Below, in pieces: positions 25,549 through 35,399 of a stretch of DNA of 64,000 nt (its first letter is position 1; each line of letters opens with the position of its first letter). This stretch comes from Nitrososphaerota archaeon (lineage in GTDB: Archaea > Thermoproteota > Nitrososphaeria > Nitrososphaerales > UBA213). The stretch covers positions 192,244 to 256,243 of the forward strand of contig PAWD01000008.1 of assembly GCA_002713325.1 (NCBI GenBank), read 5' to 3'. The notes beneath the pieces are model-generated. The model had not been told where the DNA came from. It made no database searches and was given only the letters and a program-made list of their open reading frames with translations. Made by a program: the position numbers and the translations under genes.

Positions 25549-26616
25549 CTAAATAACATAAAGGAATCTATTTTCCTTAGCTGAGTTGCCTAACTTACCT
25601 ATAACGGGAATAGAGTAACCACATGAATTACAGCAGTTTTTATCATCCAGATCCCATCTTGTAATGTTATATGTGAATCTACCAATAACAACATTATTAC
25701 ATTCTGGACAGTAGGTGTGCTCATATTTGTGCCCAGGAACATTTCCAATGAAAGCGTACTTAATACCTTCTTCACGGGCAATCTCATAATGCTTCTCCAA
25801 TGTTACAATAGGCGTTAACGGCAAGTTCATCATCTTATAGTCAGGATGGAATCTTAGAAAGTGCATCGGTGTATCAGGACCCAGTTCATCGTAAACAAAC
25901 TTACATAGTTTTCTTGCGGTTTCCAGATCGTCGCCAACCTGTGGTACGACGAGGTCCGTGATTTCAATATGTATAGACGTCTTATCCCTTATTTCGCGCA
26001 AAGTGTCAAAGATCGGCTGGGGATCTGGTATACCGACGTATCGCCTAGTGAATTTTGGTTCAGCACTTCCCTTGAAGTCAATAGTTATGGAATCAAGAAA
26101 TTCATCCATCATTTGGACCGTTTCTGGTGTATCATAACCATTTGAAACAAAGACGTTGAATAGACCGTTCTTCCTTGCTATAACACCACAGTCCCTTGCA
26201 AATTCAATAAATATCGATGGCTGATTGTAAGTGTAAGCAATACCTTCACAACCATAATACATAGTCCGTTCAACAACCTCTTCAGCCGTCATATCAACAC
26301 CTCCAATCTTTCTTCTCTGACTGATGTCATAATTCTGGCAATATTGACACAGCCAATTGCAGCCAGTTGTTGCGATAGAAAAAATCTTGCTTCCAGGCAT
26401 GTAGTGTATGACTGGTTTTTTCTCGATAGGATCAATATTCCCAGCAATCACCTTACCATAAACAAATAACTGTAGCTTACCATTAACATTACCCCTTATA
26501 CCACACAATCCAATTTTACCTTCGGGTATAGCACAATATCTTGCACACGCAGTACATTTTACTCTATCACCTTCTTGCTTGTATAGAAAAGCCTCTTTTC
26601 CAAAAACTTCTTGCAT
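25549..26616 (-). CDS. Radical SAM enzyme, AmmeMemoRadiSam/PflA-like
   Basis: 355 aa. It has an N-terminal Cys cluster KCTACARYC...CGIR, the radical-SAM motif CNWLCQYCQN, and an additional C-terminal CPEC...CNSC ribbon. Confidence 0.75.
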   Translation of the reverse strand: MQEVFGKEAFLYKQEGDRVKCTACARYCAIPEGKIGLCGIRGNVNGKLQLFVYGKVIAGNIDPIEKKPVIHYMPGSKIFSIATTGCNWLCQYCQNYDISQRRKIGGVDMTAEEVVERTMYYGCEGIAYTYNQPSIFIEFARDCGVIARKNGLFNVFVSNGYDTPETVQMMDEFLDSITIDFKGSAEPKFTRRYVGIPDPQPIFDTLREIRDKTSIHIEITDLVVPQVGDDLETARKLCKFVYDELGPDTPMHFLRFHPDYKMMNLPLTPIVTLEKHYEIAREEGIKYAFIGNVPGHKYEHTYCPECNNVVIGRFTYNITRWDLDDKNCCNSCGYSIPVIGKLGNSAKENRFLYVI

Positions 26617-26694
26617 TATATTACGAATATAGTCAATTTGTAATATAGGTTTTGATCAAAACCTGTTTTATATCGAAGTAAACAAGGTAAATGT

Positions 26695-27219
26695 ATGTTA
26701 GTAGCTACAGGCACTTCAAATATGATCAAGGTCGAGGCAGTGAAGATAGCTTTTAAACATTTTTACAGAGATGTAAGAGTGATGAACGTTAATACTGATA
26801 ACCTTCCACTACAACCCATAACTCTGAATGGAACTGTCAACGGTGCAATAAAAAGAGCAAGCACTGCAATCCAGAAAATTAATGATGCGGATTTTGGTGT
26901 TGGTATAGAGGCTGGATTAATGGAAATTCCAGATATCAAAACATACCTCAACGTTCAATTCGCGGTAATTATAGATCGCGATGAAAAAATAACCATAGGA
27001 TCAAGTTCTGGATTTCAACTCCCAAACGAAGTTAGCAAAATTGTTCTTATAGAAAGGATGGAGGTTGACAAGGCCGTTGAATTTCTATATGGTATTAGTG
27101 ATATTGGAGAGAAGAGGGGAATAATTGATCTAATGACCAAGGGCGCTATAAGTAGAAAAGAACTTATAACAAATGCATTGATAATGGCAATTGCACCCAG
27201 GATAAGTGAAAAACATTGA
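26695..27219 (+). CDS. Inosine/xanthosine triphosphatase (DUF84/YjjX-like NTPase)
   Basis: 174 aa: KVEAVKIAF, GVGIEAGL, and the family length. Confidence 0.7.
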   Translation: MLVATGTSNMIKVEAVKIAFKHFYRDVRVMNVNTDNLPLQPITLNGTVNGAIKRASTAIQKINDADFGVGIEAGLMEIPDIKTYLNVQFAVIIDRDEKITIGSSSGFQLPNEVSKIVLIERMEVDKAVEFLYGISDIGEKRGIIDLMTKGAISRKELITNALIMAIAPRISEKH

Positions 27220-27716
27220 GTACTCCAGGAAATTTATGGCGTAAGATCTATGGCGCAATAACAAAGAAACCCACTAACTTCTCTTGGATCATAGACGGTA
27301 TACTTGCAGGTAGTGGAATACCCACCTCTAGGGAAGAATTTGACTGGGTTAGGGAGAATGGCATCAAAGCTGTTATAACCTTAACAGAAGACCCATTACC
27401 AGAGGAGTGGTTAAATGATACTGATTACTTATATGTTCCAACCATTGATCGCACAGCACCTGATATAGAAATTATTGATAAATCAGTAAACTTCATAGAG
27501 AAAAATTTAAAAAATAATAAATCAACCATGGTTCACTGTGCAGCTGGTAAGGGTCGAGCTGGCACAATACTTGCAGCTTACCTGATCAAGTTCAAGGATA
27601 TGGATGCTAAGAATGCTATAGAAAGGATAAGGAGTATGCGACCTGGTTCGATAGAAAACATCTCACAGGAGACTGTACTATCTGTTTATGAAAAATATTT
27701 GAAGACTAGACTATAG
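27216..27716 (+). CDS. Dual-specificity protein phosphatase
   Basis: CX5R P-loop VHCAAGKGRAGT. It overlaps the upstream gene by 4 nt. Confidence 0.8.
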   Translation: MSTPGNLWRKIYGAITKKPTNFSWIIDGILAGSGIPTSREEFDWVRENGIKAVITLTEDPLPEEWLNDTDYLYVPTIDRTAPDIEIIDKSVNFIEKNLKNNKSTMVHCAAGKGRAGTILAAYLIKFKDMDAKNAIERIRSMRPGSIENISQETVLSVYEKYLKTRL

Positions 27717-27998
27717 TTACTCCGGCACCGCATCTATAACTAACTTTCCACTCTCTACCTTGATTGAGAAACTACCATCATTGAATGTCAACACGAGCTC
27801 ATTCTCATTCTCTTTCGCTTGCACCAATTCCTTTCCCTTTATGTTAGGGTACTGCTCACGATCTACCAAGAACTCACCATTTACTACTTTGACAAACAAA
27901 TATCTATTATCCTTGAAGATCAAAGTAATTTCATTACCCTTCTCTTCAACCTCCATTAGTTCTTGACCACGAACACTATCATATTTTGCCATCAACAC
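27717..27998 (-). CDS. Hypothetical small protein made of two ~37-aa repeats
   Basis: GQELMEVEEKGNEITLIFKDNRYLFVKVVNGEFLVD aligns with GKELVQAKENENELVLTFNDGSFSIKVESGKLVID. Confidence 0.45.
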   Translation of the reverse strand: MLMAKYDSVRGQELMEVEEKGNEITLIFKDNRYLFVKVVNGEFLVDREQYPNIKGKELVQAKENENELVLTFNDGSFSIKVESGKLVIDAVPE

Positions 27999-28031
27999 AT
28001 GTGAAATTAAATCAGAATATATCTTTGCCGT

Positions 28032-28571
28032 TTACTCACAAACTATCTCAATTTCATTTGATGTAGCCTCAATTTCAACAGGTTCTGTGAAAAGATGCTT
28101 GCCCCAAGAAACGCTTATGTGTGCAACTAATTTCTGGGCACCCTTGTGTATATTAGAACCCATTAATTCCACAGAATATCTAACATCGAGTAACAACGAT
28201 TTCACCTCTTCAGCATTATCAGGAAATTTTGGGGAATCATCTACTACTATTAATGCCCAAATCTTCTTGTTTGGTGGAGGAGGTGGCAGCTTAGGGTTTC
28301 TACTCCAGTAAAAAGACGCTTTTCTAATGAATTTAACTGGTTCAAGAACATCACGTTTTTTCACAGAGCCAGTTTGAACTCTGACTACATATTTAATCAA
28401 AAAAGTGGTATCATGCTTATTGTAAGCATCAGTCCAATTCTGCTGGTTAAGTGCCTTCCTTATATAACCATCTACCTTGAACCACAGGTCTAACTCCAAG
28501 GGCTCACCGGGTTTGATCCTGGTGGCTGAAGATGACAACCTCACATCGCCTATATAGCTACTCTCTGCCAT
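28032..28571 (-). CDS. Hypothetical protein (beta-rich, PPPPP segment)
   Basis: 179-aa ORF. No family recognised. Confidence 0.45.
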   Translation of the reverse strand: MAESSYIGDVRLSSSATRIKPGEPLELDLWFKVDGYIRKALNQQNWTDAYNKHDTTFLIKYVVRVQTGSVKKRDVLEPVKFIRKASFYWSRNPKLPPPPPNKKIWALIVVDDSPKFPDNAEEVKSLLLDVRYSVELMGSNIHKGAQKLVAHISVSWGKHLFTEPVEIEATSNEIEIVCE

Positions 28572-28656
28572 CTTTACTACTAAAGATTATAGCAAATATA
28601 TCCTTACTCTCTGATAACACACAATTTATATCACCATAATAAAGTGATGCTAACAT

Positions 28657-28929
28657 ATGGATGCTACAGTTGTTGACTTTGATGATAACCGAGTGGATCT
28701 AATAGTGAAGGAAGAAGATATATCGGTTATGCATATTCTTCAGCACGAACTCCTCAAAAATAACAAGATCGAATTTGCTGGTGCTGTGATAAGACATGAC
28801 TTGATGAAGGAGTGTGAGATGAGAATTTTAACGAAAACCGGTAACCCCTTAGATGCACTTATAGAATCAACCAAGACAGCACACGAGTACGTCAAAAATC
28901 TGGCTCAATTAATCAAAAAAGTGGAGTGA
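28657..28929 (+). CDS. rpoL: DNA-directed RNA polymerase subunit L (Rpo11)
   Basis: 90 aa. EDISVMHILQHELLKNNKIEFAGAVIRHDL is the Rpb11/L dimerisation pattern. A TATA-like AATTTATAT lies about 29 nt upstream. Confidence 0.8.
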   Translation: MDATVVDFDDNRVDLIVKEEDISVMHILQHELLKNNKIEFAGAVIRHDLMKECEMRILTKTGNPLDALIESTKTAHEYVKNLAQLIKKVE

Positions 28930-28936
28930 TGATATA

Positions 28937-29287
28937 ATGCAATTCTGTCCAAATTGCAGTACTAGAATGAGGGCTAAACAGACACCCGAGAAAGAAACAC
29001 AAAACATCTGCGCGAAATGTGGTTACTCAACAACTCAGAAAGAGACCACTGAAACAACATATAAAACAGAAAAGAAATCTAGACTTGTTGCAAAAAACGA
29101 CGTGTCGATTAAGATTGTTGAAGATGGCGATGATATCAAGACACTACCTACAACAAGTATTGAATGTCCAAAATGTAGTAATGGTGAGGCTGTGTGGTGG
29201 ATGTACCAGACAAGGAGTGCAGACGAACCTACAACACAATTCTACAGATGCACCAAATGCAATCACACATGGCGTAATTATGCATAA
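28937..29287 (+). CDS. tfs: Transcription elongation factor TFS (RpoM/TFIIS-like)
   Basis: An N-terminal ribbon FCPNC...CAKCG and a C-terminal CPKC...QTRSADEPTTQFYRCTKCNHTW. Confidence 0.85.
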   Translation: MQFCPNCSTRMRAKQTPEKETQNICAKCGYSTTQKETTETTYKTEKKSRLVAKNDVSIKIVEDGDDIKTLPTTSIECPKCSNGEAVWWMYQTRSADEPTTQFYRCTKCNHTWRNYA

Positions 29288-29322
29288 AGGTTTAATATCG
29301 TAGTAATCATTGCATATCTGTT

Positions 29323-30075
29323 TTGACGCTAGTGGCAAAAACGAATAATCCAGATGGATGGAAGGCTGTAACTTCTGCCATATCAACCATAGTTGAAGAG
29401 GCTACATTTGAAGCTACGAGTGAAAGTATATCATTCAGGGGCATGGACCCAAGCCATGTTGCACTTATTGATATACTTTGGCCTAATTCTGCTTTTGAAA
29501 AGTTTGAGTGTGATAGTGCGATAAAATTTGGTGTTAGGATAGACGAATTTTCTAAATTAATCAAAAGGGCCGGTAAGAATGATAGTGTTGAACTCAATGT
29601 AACAGAGGAAAATACACTGTTGGTAAATATATCAAATGGCTATAAGAAACAGTATAAAATGCGATTGATAGAGAGCACAGCTGGTTCGACACCAATACCA
29701 AAGATAAGTTTTAACACGAAGTTAGCGATAAGTACCACGGCATTTGATAAAATATTGAGTGACATACAGATTGTTTCCGATTATATATCCATTGAATCTG
29801 ATACAGAAAAAGTCGTCTTTTTAGGTAGGGGAGATTCTGGTGAGGCGGTTATTACACTGGAATCTGGGAATGAGGGAGTTGAGGAATTAGATGTCAAGGA
29901 CGAGAGCAAGGCAACATATAGTTTGGAATATCTCAGCAGCATAGTAAAGGCCATAGGAGCAAGCTCACACGGTGTAGTTTGTGAATTTTCCAGCAAAATG
30001 CCACTTCGACTTGAATTTATAGTCTCAAACATAGGTAGGATCCATTTCTTCCTAGCACCAAGAGTTGATGGTTAA
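29323..30075 (+). CDS. pcn: DNA polymerase sliding clamp (PCNA)
   Basis: 250 aa with a TTG start: IVEEATFEATSESISFRGMDPSHVALIDILWP. Length and repeat architecture fit PCNA. Confidence 0.88.
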   Translation: MTLVAKTNNPDGWKAVTSAISTIVEEATFEATSESISFRGMDPSHVALIDILWPNSAFEKFECDSAIKFGVRIDEFSKLIKRAGKNDSVELNVTEENTLLVNISNGYKKQYKMRLIESTAGSTPIPKISFNTKLAISTTAFDKILSDIQIVSDYISIESDTEKVVFLGRGDSGEAVITLESGNEGVEELDVKDESKATYSLEYLSSIVKAIGASSHGVVCEFSSKMPLRLEFIVSNIGRIHFFLAPRVDG

Positions 30076-30145
30076 TAATTCAAACTAAGGATCAGCGTAT
30101 AGTTTACGAAAGAATTTAAGGCAAGAATAGTTAGCTTGGTCTGAA

Positions 30146-31549
30146 TTGAAGATAGTAATGAAGTTTGGCGGCACATCAGTTGCCAGCGCAGATAGGGTGA
30201 AGCGTGTAGCACGCCTTATCAAATCACATTCAAAAGATAATGAAATTGTTGTAGTAGCCTCAGCAATCAAAGGAGTAACTGATGATCTAATACAAATTTC
30301 TGAAAGTGTAAGAAAGGGAAGCAAGACCGATGTTGAGAAATTTATTGACAGATTTAAGAAACTACATATGGATATGGCGAAGACTTCAATGACTAAAGAA
30401 AAAACTAGGAAGGAACTTCGAAATGTATTGAATGTTGTAATAAAGGAGTTGGAAGATGTTTTGAACGGCATGGTTCTGCTCGGTGAAGTAACACCCAAAT
30501 CACAAGATTATTTGTTATCTTTTGGTGAAAGGCTTACTACATCCATACTGTCCTATGCATTGAAAGATATAGGCATCAGCACAGAGTCTCTTACAGGAAA
30601 GAATACTGGTATAATTACGGATTCCAACTATGGTGAAGCAAAACCACTCATGGATACAACGAAATTAAGAGTCTCGAATAAAATTATACCAATGTTGAGG
30701 AACGGTACTGTGCCAGTTGTGACTGGTTTTGTTGGAGCGGATCAAAATGGAAATCTTACTACACTAGGCAGGGGCGGCTCCGATTATACCGCTACTATCA
30801 TAGCATCTTGCATAAACGCAGACGAAGTGTGGTTGTGGACAGATGTAGACGGTCTTATGACAGCAGATCCAAGAATAGTAAAGAACGCAAAAGTTCTGAA
30901 GGAAGTATCATACGCAGAAGCAATGGAGATGGCACTCTTCGGTGCGAAATACATGCATCCCAGAGCACTTGAACCCATTCTAGATAAAGGCATACCTACA
31001 CGAATAAGGAACACATTCAAATCAGAAAATAATGGAACACAAGTGCTTAAAAATCCGAAGATCAACACACGCCAGATAGTCAAATCTGTTAGTATGATTA
31101 GAAATACAGCATTAATTGATGTGAGAGGTGGTAGTATGGTTGGCGTTCCTGGTATAGCTGCCAAAATATTCGATATTATGGGTAAAAACAACATCAATAT
31201 AATGATGATATCTCAAAGTCCTTCCGAGTCAAGCATATCTATGGTAGTTAGCAAGAACGATCTAGACAGTGCCGTAAACTCATTGGAATTGAGTTTGCTT
31301 GGTAAGGTGATAAAGACCATAAATGTTACTGATAATGTTGCAATAATTGCTGCTGTTGGTTCTGGTATGAGAGGAATCAAAGGAGTAGCATCAAGAATTT
31401 TTGGCGCTATTGCAAAGCATGATGTTAACGTCATGATGATTGCACAGGGCTCCTCTGAACTTAATCTAGCATTTGTGGTAAACGACAAGGATTGTGAAGA
31501 GGCAGTGCGCGCATTACATGAAGAGTTTGAACTTAGCAAGATAGAATAA
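30146..31549 (+). CDS. lysC: Aspartate kinase
   Basis: KFGGTSVAS, LGRGGSDYTA, and two C-terminal ACT-like repeats. Confidence 0.9.
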   Translation: MKIVMKFGGTSVASADRVKRVARLIKSHSKDNEIVVVASAIKGVTDDLIQISESVRKGSKTDVEKFIDRFKKLHMDMAKTSMTKEKTRKELRNVLNVVIKELEDVLNGMVLLGEVTPKSQDYLLSFGERLTTSILSYALKDIGISTESLTGKNTGIITDSNYGEAKPLMDTTKLRVSNKIIPMLRNGTVPVVTGFVGADQNGNLTTLGRGGSDYTATIIASCINADEVWLWTDVDGLMTADPRIVKNAKVLKEVSYAEAMEMALFGAKYMHPRALEPILDKGIPTRIRNTFKSENNGTQVLKNPKINTRQIVKSVSMIRNTALIDVRGGSMVGVPGIAAKIFDIMGKNNINIMMISQSPSESSISMVVSKNDLDSAVNSLELSLLGKVIKTINVTDNVAIIAAVGSGMRGIKGVASRIFGAIAKHDVNVMMIAQGSSELNLAFVVNDKDCEEAVRALHEEFELSKIE

Positions 31550-31597
31550 GTAGCAAAATTGCAAAGAATTAAAGATATGTTGTTTTAACGGATCACA

Positions 31598-32371
31598 GTG
31601 ACAAAAGGAAAATTATACATAGTAGGCATAGGGCCAGGCTATGAAGAGCACATGACTCCTAGAGCAAAAAAATGTATAGAAGAGAGCGAGGTTATCATAG
31701 GGTATTCTACCTACATAGCCCTAGTTCAACATCTGATCAAGGATAAAGAAATTCATGAATATTCAATGACACAGGAAGTAGAGAGAGCAAATCAAGCTAT
31801 AGAGTTTGCAGAGAGTGGAAAAACAATTTCATTGGTATCAAGTGGTGATGCTGGTATATATGGTATGGCCGGCTTGGTTTATGAGGTGCTTGCAGATAGG
31901 GGCTGGAAGAGGGAGAATGGGATTTACGTTGAAATAGTTCCCGGCGTTTCAGCACTGAACTCATGCTCTGCTTTAATAGGCTCGCCTTTGATGACGGATT
32001 TTGCTGTAGTAAGTATGAGCGATCTACTGGTTCCGTGGGATATTATTATGCAAAGAGTGGATGCTGCAGCAAAGGGTGATTATGTGATCGTAATATATAA
32101 CCCTCAGAGCAAGAAACGTATACACCAGTTACGTGACACAAAGGATCTATTACTAAAGTATAGAGAACCAAGTACTCCTGTAGCAATAGTCAAGGCCGCA
32201 TACAGGGATGCCCAAAAGATCATAATGACAGATCTTGAACACGTGTTGGAGCATACGGACAGTCTTGGAATGCTTAGCACTGTGATAATAGGAAATTCAT
32301 CAACTTTCATGCATGATGGTCTGATGATAAACCCAAGAGGATACAAGTCGAAATACACACTGGTAAAGTAA
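31598..32371 (+). CDS. cbiH: Precorrin-3B / cobalt-factor III C17-methyltransferase (CbiH/CobJ)
   Basis: 257 aa with a GTG start: KLYIVGIGPGYEEHMTPRAKKCIEESEVIIGYSTYI, SSGDAGIYGMAG. Confidence 0.85.
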   Translation: MTKGKLYIVGIGPGYEEHMTPRAKKCIEESEVIIGYSTYIALVQHLIKDKEIHEYSMTQEVERANQAIEFAESGKTISLVSSGDAGIYGMAGLVYEVLADRGWKRENGIYVEIVPGVSALNSCSALIGSPLMTDFAVVSMSDLLVPWDIIMQRVDAAAKGDYVIVIYNPQSKKRIHQLRDTKDLLLKYREPSTPVAIVKAAYRDAQKIIMTDLEHVLEHTDSLGMLSTVIIGNSSTFMHDGLMINPRGYKSKYTLVK

Positions 32372-32413
32372 GAAGAAATAAAAGCTTAAACATCTACTCT
32401 TTCTCGTGGTTTT

Positions 32414-33397
32414 ATGTATAGTATACTCTTTGGTGTTATAGTACCACAAGGATGGCTTAACGATCTACCAAACACAAATGCACATAAGCAGTTTGAACTA
32501 GCAAAAAATATCGCAACAACAACTGAAAAGCTAGGATATACTTCTATTTGGACCTATGATCATTTCGTACCCCACTACAGCTACGAACCACTAGAAACTA
32601 AACCGTTGTTTGAGTGTTACACATTGCTATCTGCACTAGCAAGTATAACTAACAAGGTAAAACTTGGTCAAGTAGTGACCTGTAATTCATACAGACATCC
32701 ATCTCTTTTAGCCAAAATGGGAGCAACGCTTGACGCAATAAGTAACGGTAGATTGGAGTTGGGTATAGGTGCAGGTTGGTATGAAGAAGAATATGTAGCA
32801 TATGGATATCAGTACCCAAAAGACAGTGAAAGAATAGAACGGCTTGATGAAGCGTTACATATAATCAAGGCAATGTGGACAGATGTAAAAGCATCATATT
32901 CTGGCAAGTATTACAGTATTAAAGAAGCTATATGCAATCCAAAACCATTACAGAAACCATATCCATCAATAATGGTAGGAGGTTCTGGTGAAAAACTTTT
33001 GTTAAGAATTGCAGCTAAACATGCAAATAGATATAATCACCCTTTTGGAACTCCTGAAGAACTGAAGCGTAAGATAGAGGTTTTGAAGGAACATTGCAAA
33101 AGTATCGGAAGAGATCACAAGGAAATTGAAAAATCCGTTCTAATACGTGTTGTAGTAGCGAACAGTGACAAAGAGATTAAGCAGATAGTCAGGAAAGTAA
33201 AAAATAAGGAGGAAAGCGTGGAGCAATATCTTTATAGAAACAAAGACAAAATGGTTATTGGCACGCCTGAACAAGTGCTTGCAGATCTGAACAAGTACAT
33301 ACAGCATGAAGTAACACATTTTATATTGCATTTCATGGGTATTGATTCAAGTAAAATGCTGCGATTATTTGCATCGAAGGTAATGAAGAAGATTTAA
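32414..33397 (+). CDS. Luciferase-like monooxygenase (LLM) class, probably F420-dependent oxidoreductase
   Basis: 327 aa: GYTSIWTYDHF, LGIGAGW, and the LLM TIM-barrel pattern. Confidence 0.75.
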   Translation: MYSILFGVIVPQGWLNDLPNTNAHKQFELAKNIATTTEKLGYTSIWTYDHFVPHYSYEPLETKPLFECYTLLSALASITNKVKLGQVVTCNSYRHPSLLAKMGATLDAISNGRLELGIGAGWYEEEYVAYGYQYPKDSERIERLDEALHIIKAMWTDVKASYSGKYYSIKEAICNPKPLQKPYPSIMVGGSGEKLLLRIAAKHANRYNHPFGTPEELKRKIEVLKEHCKSIGRDHKEIEKSVLIRVVVANSDKEIKQIVRKVKNKEESVEQYLYRNKDKMVIGTPEQVLADLNKYIQHEVTHFILHFMGIDSSKMLRLFASKVMKKI

Positions 33398-33410
33398 GAT
33401 TATGGTGTTA

Positions 33411-34472
33411 TCATATGTTTGCTATTGTTTCTAACGTAGATTCCTTACCCTTGAAATGCATTCTAACGGGCTCAATTATTTCATTCAGGTATTTACCGAC
33501 AGTTTGCTTCAAATCCTGTGGGTGTAGTTTTTTGTTAACAAACGCTTCTTCCACTTCCCTATAACTACCAAATGCAATACTTCCTCCATACTTAGCAGAT
33601 CTTTCTACTGTAAACTCTTTATACTCATGAAATATTATGTGACGAACAATTTCAAGAATAGGATTATTTTCAACTACACGCTCTGGACAAAACGCTTTGT
33701 TCATCTTTTCGTTTATGGACTTCTCACAGTCATGAATGAACACACTAGTCCAAGGCTTTGACTTACTCATTTTACTAGATATCTTAGCATCCATATTGCT
33801 GTCATCATCAAGACCCATCTTTACAGGCTCTGCAAGTCCAGGTAGGAGATGGTGATGCACACCAACAGGCACTTTCCAACCTAGTTTTGGAAAAACTTCT
33901 CTAACAAGCATATGCACCTTCCTTTGATCTATACCAGCATGCACTATATCTAGATCCAAAGCCCATATGTCAGTTGCCTGTAAAGAAGGATAAAGTAATT
34001 GGGAGAAATCCAATCTATCTTTTTCACTCCTGCCCATTATAGTAAGAGCGCGTAAAGTTCTGGTTAGTGTTATTTGCTTGCTGAACTTTACCATGTTAGC
34101 CCAGTAATCATTTGTTTTTCTATACAAATCAGAGCCAAGAACAACATTTACACCTGGACAGAAAAATTTGAAAGCATCAGCATAATAATTAGCTGCTTTC
34201 GCGATGATATCCCAGTTACCTCCAAGTTTATCGTTGATGTAAGTGTGCCAGTCAGCCAGAAACACAGTGCAGTTGACACCAGCCTTTATGAAGTCATTGA
34301 TCTTATACCCTGTCAATATCAAACTACCAAGATGTAACAACCCAGAAATTTCTAATCCTATATAGTGTCTAGGGTTTGAGTTAGTGTTAAACAAATTAAC
34401 CAACTCATCTTTTGTAACAACCTCTTCAATTGGTTCTTTTAATACCAACTCTACCTTGTTCGCAGTATCCAC
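33411..34472 (-). CDS. tyrS: Tyrosine--tRNA ligase (archaeal type)
   Basis: YIGLEISGLLHLGS (HIGH region) and KMSKSKP. KAFCPERVVENNPILEI and KLHPQDLK parallel the M. jannaschii TyrRS C-terminal half. Confidence 0.88.
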   Translation of the reverse strand: MDTANKVELVLKEPIEEVVTKDELVNLFNTNSNPRHYIGLEISGLLHLGSLILTGYKINDFIKAGVNCTVFLADWHTYINDKLGGNWDIIAKAANYYADAFKFFCPGVNVVLGSDLYRKTNDYWANMVKFSKQITLTRTLRALTIMGRSEKDRLDFSQLLYPSLQATDIWALDLDIVHAGIDQRKVHMLVREVFPKLGWKVPVGVHHHLLPGLAEPVKMGLDDDSNMDAKISSKMSKSKPWTSVFIHDCEKSINEKMNKAFCPERVVENNPILEIVRHIIFHEYKEFTVERSAKYGGSIAFGSYREVEEAFVNKKLHPQDLKQTVGKYLNEIIEPVRMHFKGKESTLETIANI

Positions 34473-34550
34473 AACACAGGTTGTGAAGATTCCGCTATAA
34501 ATCTAATCCTGTAATAACAATATAATTACGGAACACAAGAGCGAGGAAAG

Positions 34551-35399
34551 ATGAGCAACGTACAGAAGCGAAAAAAGACATATGTACTTGTTGTTGCGGT
34601 GAGTATAGGAATACTTGCTGTAAGCATGATCGGAGGGTTTTGGACAGCGCAAAACACATCAGTTATACCAACAGCAAACGGAAAGACGTCTAACGACTTT
34701 ATTACCAAACAGATGGCTGGAACTTCGACTTTTTTAAAGAACGAGGAGCAGAATGACACATCTCAACTATTTGTAACGGGAACTGCCTCGAAGAAAATCA
34801 GTCCAGATAAAGTGTCTGTAACACTTGGTGTTGAGACGCAGAAGAAGACCGCACAGGAAGCTGCGAAGAATAATTCAGAGATAATGAACGTAGTAATCAA
34901 TGGATTGAAGGAACTAGGCTTTAGCACCAACCAGATAAGCACTAGTTACTACAACATTCACCCAGTGTACGAGTACCACAAGGATAGACTACAACCAGTC
35001 AAGAATCAGGTATTAGTAGGATATAGGACTACTAACACAATAACTGTAACAATTTCAGCAAGTGAAAACATAGGCGAAGTAGTAGACACTGCAATTAATG
35101 CAGGCGCGATCCGAGCAAGTGGTATAAACTACTTCATATCTGACGAGGTTCAGAGCCAGGTTAACAATGAACTGATTGAACAGGCAGTGCTAGATGCTAC
35201 AATGAAGGCAGAGAAAGCACTAGCACCACTAAACATGCAGATCGTGGGAGTAAAGGACCTTAACCTACACGATGTCTTTCATCCTGTCTTCGGATATGAC
35301 AAAGCTGTATTAGCAGAAAGAACTTCTGCACCAACACCAATCTTACCATCAGAACAACAGACTTCAGTATCTGTGAGCGTTATCTTCATGATAGGTTAG
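34551..35399 (+). CDS. SIMPL (DUF541) domain protein with an N-terminal membrane anchor
   Basis: 282 aa: FVTGTASKKISPDKVSVTLGVETQKKTAQEAAKNNSEIMN and the later VGYRTTNTITVT. Confidence 0.7.
   Translation: MSNVQKRKKTYVLVVAVSIGILAVSMIGGFWTAQNTSVIPTANGKTSNDFITKQMAGTSTFLKNEEQNDTSQLFVTGTASKKISPDKVSVTLGVETQKKTAQEAAKNNSEIMNVVINGLKELGFSTNQISTSYYNIHPVYEYHKDRLQPVKNQVLVGYRTTNTITVTISASENIGEVVDTAINAGAIRASGINYFISDEVQSQVNNELIEQAVLDATMKAEKALAPLNMQIVGVKDLNLHDVFHPVFGYDKAVLAERTSAPTPILPSEQQTSVSVSVIFMIG

Noticed and set aside
28925-28931. GTGATGA (C-box-like) and other TGATGA/CTGA pairs, for example near 44146 and 35516, as C/D box sRNAs.
   Set aside because: None shows the full C-D'-C'-D arrangement with about 12-nt guide spacing and terminal pairing. 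The first lies at the rpoL-tfs junction.
30085-31539. Three antisense ORFs of 137, 137 and 108 aa inside the aspartate kinase gene.
   Set aside because: They are shadow ORFs with no motifs, and the sense strand has complete aspartokinase and ACT architecture.
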